From Octopus vulgaris (taxonomy: Eukaryota), in assembly GCA_951406725.2 (NCBI GenBank), contig OX597828.1, positions 13,764,001-13,828,000 of the forward strand: a DNA stretch of 64,000 bases, given 5' to 3'. The first letter of the stretch is position 1. Every line of letters begins with the position of its first letter. This document shows positions 53,401 through 64,000 of this stretch, one piece after another. The notes beneath the pieces were generated by a model. That model made no database searches. It had not been told where the DNA came from and was given only the letters and a program-made list of their open reading frames with translations. Both the position numbers and the translations under genes were made by a program.

Positions 53401-54472
53401 ATACGGTAATCTAAGAGTTAAGATTAAATCAATCATGGAAACACGACGAAGGAAGAGATTTCCACACGACAGATGTTTAAAGAAAGAAACCATCAGAGAT
53501 GAAACACTTCTTACAAAAGAGGGAAAACAACAGTGAAAGAACGAGAAATAACAGAGAAAGATGTATCACTCGGTTAGTAAACTTTAATAGGAAGAACAAG
53601 AGAGGGAAAGATGTGTAAAACAACGATCAGGAAGAACAAAACAAAAGAAGAACAAAGGAGTTACTAGGGAATATATTAACGATTATAGCATAACAGACAA
53701 AACAAATATAGATGCTGAATAATGGCAAAATAATTAATGGCATAGATTTCGATCACATCCTTTATTATAAGGTGATCAATAACAGCGGGATATTTATTCT
53801 ACTAAATAATTTATTAATGATCACATCCTTTATTAAGATCCAAATATATGTATATATATATATATATGGAACTTATGTTCGTGATTAATATTAAAGACAT
53901 ACACTCCGCAAAACATATCTTATCATTTATATTCACAAGAGCAATTGTTATCATCATTGTTGTGTCGTTGTTATTATTGTTATTATTATTGTTGACTTGT
54001 GAGTTTATGTCGAACATCTGTTTGTCGTGTGTTGGGACGGATCCGGTTATCAGTTGAGTCTATTGTGAAGATCGTCCCGCCTCCTTTTTCAAGTTTTACT
54101 TGCGAAGCAATTTTGTTGAAAAGTGAGCGAATGTGACAAGAATGGTCGAGTGAATGGGCCTACTCTAAGCATGAACCTGTAAACTTAAAGAAAATGATGT
54201 GGAGAGCGTGATTTTGTGGGGGTTTTACGAGCAGCCCTAGGAAGTCTCCATCTTTTGGACATAATTTTCGTTAGAATTTATTTTATCACTTCTACCTTTA
54301 TCAATGTCTACCTTTCTACCTTATCAATTTCTACCTTTTATACGCTTCTTTATGTAATCACACATTGTAGTGTTCCGTACCATCCCCAATGACCCATAGT
54401 GATAAATAAAGTATTATTATTATTATTTGCCCTTGTGGATAGTAAAAAAGGATTCTTCTTCTTCTTCTTCTT

Positions 54473-54556
<84 letters not shown>

Positions 54557-54824
54557 GCTATTATTATTATTGAGGCAGCGAACTGGCAGAGTCCTTAACA
54601 CGCCGGGAAAAATGCTTAGCGGCATTTCGTCCGTTTCCACGTTCTCAGTTCAAATTCCGCCGAGGTCGACTTTTTGCCTTTCGTCCTTTTTCGGGGTCGA
54701 TAAATTAAGTACCAGTGAAACACTGGAGTTGATGAAATTGACTTACTCCCTCCCCACAATAATTTCAGGCCTTGTGCCTTTAGTAGAAAGGATTGTTATT
54801 ATTATTTTCTCTTTATCACAGAAT

Positions 54825-55303
54825 TTGTTGGAGCTCTTGGAGTTCTACATGCGTGGCGGGCTTCCTAACTGCAGCCTACGGTACCATGATATCCATTCTT
54901 TTCAACTATCTAATACTTTCCTGATTATTTTGGCCGTGCCAAGGATGCAAACCTTTTGTAAGAGTTTACCTGGGCACTCTATTCTAATTTTATTTATATT
55001 CCCCTTAATGCCTTCTGATACTGTTCCCAAGGACCCAACAATAATTGGCATTATTTTCACCTTCATTTTCCATAGCCAGACTCCTGGAGGCTTACATGCG
55101 TAGCAGTCTTGCTACCTGCAGCCTACGGTACCATGCTATCCGTTCTTTTCAGCTATGTAATACTTTCCTGATAATTCTGGCCATGCCAAGGAGGCAAAAC
55201 TTTTGTAAAAGTTCTACTGGGCACTTAATTCCAATTTCCTTTATATTCAACTTGATGCCTTCTGATACTGTTCCCAAGGACTCGACAATAATTGGCACTA
55301 TCA

Positions 55304-55374
<71 letters not shown>

Positions 55375-55795
55375 GCTTTACTTCTAAGAACGTTCCGTCA
55401 TGTTGTTTGTTCTGGTAGATTCTGTGAGAGAGGGCAACAGCCTGCCATGAGAGGTCTCACAGGGTCTTTTTCTGCAAATTATAAAGTTTGATACTTGGTC
55501 GTTAATTATCGTGGAAGACATTCAACAACCATGTACCAATCTCAAATTCCTAGATGTCCCCAGCATGGCAGTTTTCTGGGCTTGCTCTGCTCTCATGTCA
55601 ATTCCGATTTCTTTGACATATTTCTTGAACTTGGTTGTTAGTGCTCCGAGTGCCCCCTACAACTATTGGGATGACAGACGCTTTCCTCATAGTCACCATT
55701 CTTGTAATTTCGTCTTTTAGAAGTAAGTACTTTTCAATCTTTTCTAGTTGTTTATCACTTATACGCGCAACTCCAGATATTGCAATATCCATTAT
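54825..55795 (-). mobile_element. Three 5'-truncated R4/Dong-like 3' ends among (ATT)n
   Basis: Minus peptide PIIVGSLGTVSEG..LLQKVCILGTAKIIRKVL* in two diverged tandem copies (~54836-55080, ~55080-55302), and DIAIS..EKIEKY..L..EITRM..VIPIVVG (~55540-55795). Confidence 0.82.
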
Positions 55796-56028
55796 TATTG
55801 TTGTTCTCTAACCACTCTACTGTATCGTTCTGCTAGATATAGCAGCTAAATCCTCCTCAAATAACACTTTTAAGAGATAGTCGTCACTCACGAATGAGTA
55901 TCGCTTGGTAACATGTACTATGTTTCTGTTAATTGTTTTGGGCACCTGAATAGTCGCAAGTACGCACGGATATCCACTCGACTCTCCTTCTTTCTGACCC
56001 AGTGGGATATCCAGGACATGACAGGCGG

Positions 56029-56081
<53 letters not shown>

Positions 56082-57729
56082 ACTGTATTAGCACTCGGTT
56101 GGTACTCATTTTCATTTGAGCGGACTGGAGCAATGCGTATAAAATGAACTGTATTACTCAAGGATACACCGTGCCACCCGGTCCAGGGATTGAACCCAGG
56201 GCATTATAATCGTGAGACAAACATCCTAAACATTTGGACATGTGTCTTCACTAAATCACATCTTGCTAATAAAAAGCAAAAGAAAAAAAAGCCCATAGAC
56301 TATTTGGAGATTAAATAATGTAGCCATAGATACAATGGCGCTGGACTAGAAAGACAGGATGGTCACGGTTAGAATGCCTTTAAATGCAATCGATCTGGGA
56401 CGCAACAACAACAATAATCATATTAGTAACATATGCGCTTCGAGATTACAGGTTCAATGTTTCATTTTCGAATTTGCTTAATTTCAAGGAATCCAGGAAC
56501 CATGTTAATGGTTCGGTAAGTACTCATGAACGCATCTACCCACATTGAAAGCGATGCAAGTAGTTATTTATGGATGCTTAAGGGAAATATTTAGTACAAC
56601 CACCCATCTGTTGAAAATGGACCAATCTGGACAGTTTGCAAATTAAAGAAGAATTTTCATGATTATTTATCATCGTTTGTCACTATCCTCTTATTTTCTC
56701 AAACAACTACGCCTCGCTTTCATTCTCTCTAATTCTCTCTCCATTTTTACACGTATTCTCTCTTTCTTTGCATTTAGCCTATTCTGAATCGATTTGCAAG
56801 TAACTTAAACTATTTATATATTTATCGAATGATATTGGCTTCAACGTACCTGAACATGCTATCTCGTTTTTACAAGCATAACCAAGTGCATAGCACTCAC
56901 GTAATCAAACATGATAAAAACATTGGTGCGTTTATCGTTAATCAAAAAACTGGGATATAATTTTAGAGAGAAATTTTTATTGCTAGCGAATACTCAACTA
57001 GTTAAATCTGCATTGTGGAAAGTGAAAGAGGGAGTAAAGAGTGAGTGAGAGAGAAAAGTGGTGAGGTTTTTCAGATAATTTGTTAAAATACAACATGAAA
57101 AGGAAATTAACTGGCAAATTTTATGAAGTAAACGAATAGGAAAACATATTTAATTAATTTACGCTCATCAAACTACATTGGATTAAATAACGATGATTAT
57201 AGTATTTATGATGTATAAATATAAACGTAGAAGAGTACCAGCTGTAATATCTTGTTTCAGAGAGACTTGTGCATGAAAAAAAAAGAGAAAAAACACAAAG
57301 TTCGCTCAGAAAGCCGTTAGCGGATCGTCAAACACCGGTGTTTCAATCTCATTAGATCACCTCAGTGACAAACATCCTGAACATTCTGAATTTGAACTCA
57401 GAACGTAACGGCAGACGAAATAAGGCTACGCATTTCGCCCGGCGTGCTAACGTTTCTGCCAGCACATCGCCTTTATACAAGCTTATACTACAGACCTAAC
57501 AGTGCCGCTCCCACAAAATCGTTACCCAAGGAAATATCCCCATCGCCCTTAGCTACACTACTGCATGTATGCGTAGGATTGAAAAAGATTTTTTATTTAA
57601 GAAGTCTAACAGTTACTCATACAAACTAGTATACCAGTGTCTCACTCGTTGCCATCAATGTTTATCTAAAGGAAAGGCCAATACAGTTTGATACCAGTGA
57701 CATTGCACGTTTTCTATCAGAATTGAAGC

Positions 57730-58110
57730 AGCACTCCGTCAGTTCCGACGACGAGGGTTCCGGTTGATCCGAATCAACGGAACAGCCTGCTCGTGAAATT
57801 AACGTGTAAGTGGCTGAGCACTCCACAGACACGTGTACCCTTAACGTAGTTCTCGGGGATATTCAGCGTGACACAGAGAGTGACAAGGCCGGCCCTTTGA
57901 AATACAGGTACAACAGAAACAGGAAATAAGAGTGAGAGAAAGTTGTGGTGAAAGAGTACAGCAGGGATCACCACCATCCCCTGCCGGAGCCTCGCGGAGC
58001 TTTTAGGTGTTTTCGCTCAATAAACACTCACAACGCCCGGTCTGGGAATCGAAACCGCGATCCTACGACCGCGAGTCCGCTGCCCTAACCACTGGGCCAT
58101 TGCGCCTCCA
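57730..58110 (-). mobile_element. SINE family D head with alternative tail
   Basis: Head nearly identical to 28567-28750, but the body continues into gtgtcacgctgaat...gtggagtgctcagccactt. Confidence 0.82.
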
Positions 58111-58279
58111 CTTAATTATCAGAATACAAACAGCTGGAACACACACGCTAACATATCTTGCCCGACCCCTCTGAGTTTTCGCCATTCCTTCACCATCCTG
58201 GGTTATCTTTTATCTTTAACTTGTTTCCGTCATTTGAATCGACCCTAGTACCTATCATTTTGTTAAAGGCTGCTACTTA

Positions 58280-58675
58280 TTCTCTTTACTCTTTTACTTG
58301 TTTCAGTCGTTTGATTGTGGCCATGCTGGAGCATCGCCTTTAGTCGAGCAAATCGACCCCAGGACTTATTCTTTGTAAGCTTAGTACCGCTAAGTTACGG
58401 GGACGTAAACACACCAGCATCGGTTGTCAAGCGATGTTGGTGGGACAAACACGGACACACAAACATATATACACACACATACATATAAATATATATATAT
58501 ATATACATATATACGACGGGCTTCTTTCAGTTTCTGTCTACCAAATCCACTCACAAGGCTTTGGCCGGCCCGAGGCTATAGCAGAAGACACTTGCCCAAG
58601 GTGCCACGCAGTGGGACTGAACCCGGAACCATGTGGTTGGTAAGCAAGCTACTTACCACACAGCCACTCTTACGT
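58280..58675 (-). mobile_element. SINE family A
   Basis: Reverse copy with a small internal deletion. Confidence 0.88.
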
Positions 58676-59165
58676 CTATTCTATCGATCTTTTTACAACA
58701 CCGCTAATTTATGGGGACATAAACGCACCAACACTATTGGATCGCTCATTTTTAACGAAATAAGACATTACCTTCAGGATAGGTACATTCCGCCGAAGAA
58801 TTTCATTAAAATTAGTCTAGATCGTTTGGTGCAATGAGCTGCAATGCAAAAGGATTTATAACAAAATTGAAAGGAATTGCAAACGTATTTTACGCGTACA
58901 CTGTAATATTTATGGGCAGCATCTGGAGTCAAAGCAGAACAGCTCTGCTGTTTAGTATCAGTAATTAATTTTATCAAAGCTAATGATTTTAATGACTGAA
59001 ATTTTAAGTAATTTTGTTATGATGAGGAATTTAAGAATTTGTTGCTGCACACGGAGGCAATGGCGCAATAGCTTTGATTGAGTAATTACGCTGTAGGAGA
59101 CACTAATCAACTTTTTTACAGCTCTCGTCATCAATAAATGGACCAAACACACGCGCGCGTGCACG

Positions 59166-59202
<37 letters not shown>

Positions 59203-60125
59203 CAAAGGCAAAATTAATTGTTGACCAATTGATAAATGGCGGAATAAAAGAAGCAAAGTTGTTTTGGAACATTATTTAAGTGAGATGTTCAAATCGATCA
59301 ACAAGTTAATCGAATTAAATCTAATACGCCAAGGAGAAAATACTGATTTTGTGAAAAGCTGTCAAAAAATTAAAGGTTCCAGGAACAAATTGCTTTATTG
59401 GCCGAATTAATTTGCAAAAGAAATAGATAAATGAATGAATAAATAAAAATAACTAAAATAAAAACAAGCAAAAACAAACAAAAAAACCCCGCTCGGTTGA
59501 TTTCAAGAATTTGCAAATAGCAAACCAACAACGTATTGTATCCAAGGCTACTGAAACGACATTTTGACGATATTTTCACACCAAAATATCTGCCAGATAA
59601 TAGCAGTACGTTCTTTAAAATTGCTAAGAATAAATGAGTATCCTACATAAGCCGCTCATTTACTCTGAGTAATTTTACTCAAAGCAATTTCATAATGAAA
59701 ATTTCGAGAACAAATTTCAAGATATTCAGAGTATGAACATAACAGATGGGCTTCCATAGAGTCATGTACATGGCGCAGAAATCTATGGAAACCCATCTGT
59801 CCTGAAATAATTTTGGTTCATAGTACATGAACTTAAAAGGTTAAGAACCAGATGATGATGATGATGATGCAGACTCCCACCACCACCACTTCATGATTCC
59901 TGAGCAACTACATGACCCGAAAGAAAATATCAACTGGCTGAAAATAAAAAGGAATTGTGGGATTTATGTCTTTCTGAGGCAGCCTTTGCTATATTGGTTT
60001 CAAATTTTGGTACAAAGCCAGCAACTTCGAGGAAGAGGATAAGTCGATTATTCAACTTGTACTTATTTTATCGATCCCGAAAAGACGAGAGGTAGCCGAA
60101 CTCGACGGAATTTAAACTCAGAACG

Positions 60126-60621
60126 TACGAGGTTGTACGAAAAAGTTCCCCAACTATAGTTATGTGTAATAAAAAAAATAAATAACTGGACTAAACTAAA
60201 TGCAAAAGAAATAGACAAAGAAAAATCCCAGCAATGGTTGAGAAGCTCAGGAGTCAAAGCAGAGACGGAGGGATTTTTAATTGCAGCACAGGACCAAAGC
60301 CTCCCCACCAGAAATTACCAAAAACATATATTGAAAAGAAACATAACAAGTAACTGCAGAATATGTGGAGATGGACAAGAAACAATAAATCATATTATCC
60401 CTGGCTGCCCAGTCCTGGCTAAGAAGGAATATATTCACAGACACGACAGAGTTGGGACCTACATACACTGGGAAGAGGGTATTTTCAAGTTAAAGGAAAG
60501 ATGGAGACGCATTGTGCAACTAAATGGTTCATATTTGGTTGATTAAAAATGTAATGGCAAGTTTTTATTCACCTTTTTCTTTTCTTTAAAAATCGACAAG
60601 AACTTTCCGGACAACCCAATA
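60126..60621 (+). mobile_element. Mariner deletion derivative carrying a Dong-like fragment
   Basis: TIR-like ends TACGAGGTTGTACGAAAAAGTTC and GAACTTTCCGGACAACCCAATA; mariner C-terminus EEGIFKLKERWRRIVQLNGSYLVD*; 60185-60471 matches ~61755-62041. Confidence 0.7.
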
Positions 60622-61156
60622 TATTAACCATTCAAAAACCTGCTAAGTTCATTTAAACATATATTGTTTATTGCAACGAAAATTCTGACACTCAGTATTA
60701 GTAGGCATCCATCGATCCCGATCGACCATGGATGTGTGCCTGAAGAAATTCTGTCAGCTGCTAATGGTGCAGCGAGCGTGTGCTGCGGCAGTAGAGGTCC
60801 ACACGGGAATGGCAGTCACGCATACAGCAACTGTATTTGAAATAGCTCTCTACCAGCGCTGTTGGCTTTTCCTTTCGTCGATTGCGCTTTGCTTTGGTGG
60901 CAAATAAACATTTAAGTAAAGCTGAAAGTGTTTTGTGTGTTTTTGAATGACGAAATACATCTTCTACACCGTAATTGTCTGACAGGGTGTCTTGCGATAT
61001 TCATTTCGATTCCACGTCTAGTACTGAGGTTGATTCTCTCTCTCTCTCTCTCTCTCTCTCCTCTCTCTCTCCCTCTTTCTCTTTGTTCCTCTTCACCTTC
61101 TCTCTCCCTCTCTCTCCCTCCATCCCTCTTTCTCTCACTGTTTCTATCATTGTCAT

Positions 61157-61191
<35 letters not shown>

Positions 61192-61639
61192 TTGTCTGTC
61201 TGTTCGTTCTCCCCCTCTCACTCTTTCTCTCTTTTAGTGCGCAACTGGTAATTACTTCATTAACCCCAAAAGGATGAAACTCAAACTCGACTTTGACGGA
61301 ATTTGAACGCAGAACGTAAAAACGGACGAAATGCTGCTAAGCATTTTGTTTGGCGCGCTAACTACTCTGCCAGCTCGCTGCCCTAACAACAACAACAACA
61401 ACAATAATAACAAAGAGTTCGTTTCTTTGCTACAAGGGTGAAGGATGAGGGGGGGCAATACAAAGAGAGACATAAAGCGTGGGGATTTACATATAATGAA
61501 ATGATGAAAAAAAATGAAATAAAGAACGAAAGTATACACGGTATGCACTGAAAAAGAAGGGGCATATGCATAGCGTACAAAGGTTTTTAAAAAAAAAAGT
61601 GGCGGGGAGGATGGTAGAGATGTGGCCCACCTGATACAG

Positions 61640-63272
<1,633 letters not shown>

Positions 63273-63310
63273 TGATGATGATAATAATAATAATAATGAT
63301 GATGATGATG

Positions 63311-63383
<73 letters not shown>

Positions 63384-63384
<1 letters not shown>

Positions 63385-63680
63385 TAGGAATGATCAAGAA
63401 GGGAACCGAAAATTATATGAGAATGATCCCTGGCTTACCATCCCTGCAAGAAGTGCAAAAGATTGTCTTAACTGGTACATCACACGTATTGAGAAGAGCA
63501 TTGTCGATGTGAGAACTATTACTACCCATGTATTTTAATTTAACTTAAAAAAAAAAATGAACGAACTATTGAGTTTAGTTTAATGGCCTACCAATGTATA
63601 CTATGAGTGTCTTTGCCCTAGGAGTCGGGAAGACACTCGGCAAGAAATGGAAGCAAATTTGAAAGAAGGAAAAAAAAAAA
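63384..63680 (+). mobile_element. 3' end of a second Dong-like family
   Basis: LGMIKKGTENYMRMIPGLPSLQEVQKIVLTGTSHVLRRALSM* (stop 63510-63512) aligns with the C-terminus of ORF 61808-62494; followed by an A-run and (AAT)n. Confidence 0.82.
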
Positions 63681-64000
63681 TAATAATAATAATAATAATG
63701 ATGATGATGATGATAATAATAATACATCGAGAGATATTATTTCAGACTGTACATCATAAGAACTTTATCATGAAATCTTAGCAAAAGGCGCCACTTCGGG
63801 GTAAGATAGGGAAACGAAAAAGAGAGAAAGTTCTATACAAAAGATAGCTGATTGGATCCGTCTGGTTCTGTTATTTGTGTTTGGTTCTTCCATTTCTAAT
63901 TGCAAGGTTTACAATCTCTTCAGAGATTTAGAAGGAGAAAAATACTTGGTGTTGGAATATACAGGCAGGCACGCACACAAACACACACACACACACACAC

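Noticed and set aside
58424-58837. Recurrent ORFs such as [22 protein letters not shown] and [10 protein letters not shown]
   Set aside because: These are chance frames in the non-coding family A SINE.
63844-63966. Open frame IADWIRLVLLFVFGSSISNCKVYNLFRDLEGEKYLVLEYTG resembling a signal peptide
   Set aside because: There is no in-frame ATG after the upstream stop, no GT donor and no recognisable homology.

Overview
This is AT-rich, microsatellite-dense animal genomic DNA. The SINE families and repeat landscape look like an octopus or other coleoid cephalopod genome (inference from recalled repeat sequences). The only host gene I can recognise is the 5' part of coatomer subunit gamma (COPG): minus strand, four small GT-AG coding exons at 8387-8426, 4859-4908, 2620-2700 and 654-725, continuing off the left edge. 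The rest is mostly mobile DNA: several tRNA-derived SINE families, decayed mariners, non-autonomous Helitrons, MITEs, Penelope-like element (PLE) remnants, and R4/Dong-type RLE retrotransposons sitting in (AAT)n arrays. Most notable are: (1) a 545-bp non-coding, highly self-complementary unit with a hammerhead-ribozyme-like motif, arranged as a tandem plus inverted array at 51047-53203 (retrozyme-like); (2) several further hammerhead-like motifs from different repeat families; (3) head-to-tail stacks of AAT-targeting retroelements, including a non-coding ~550-bp partner element; (4) orphan promoter/first-exon signatures. Nearly all ORFs in the supplied track are microsatellite or SINE artefacts. 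All calls were made by eye, with no searches or folding programs run.
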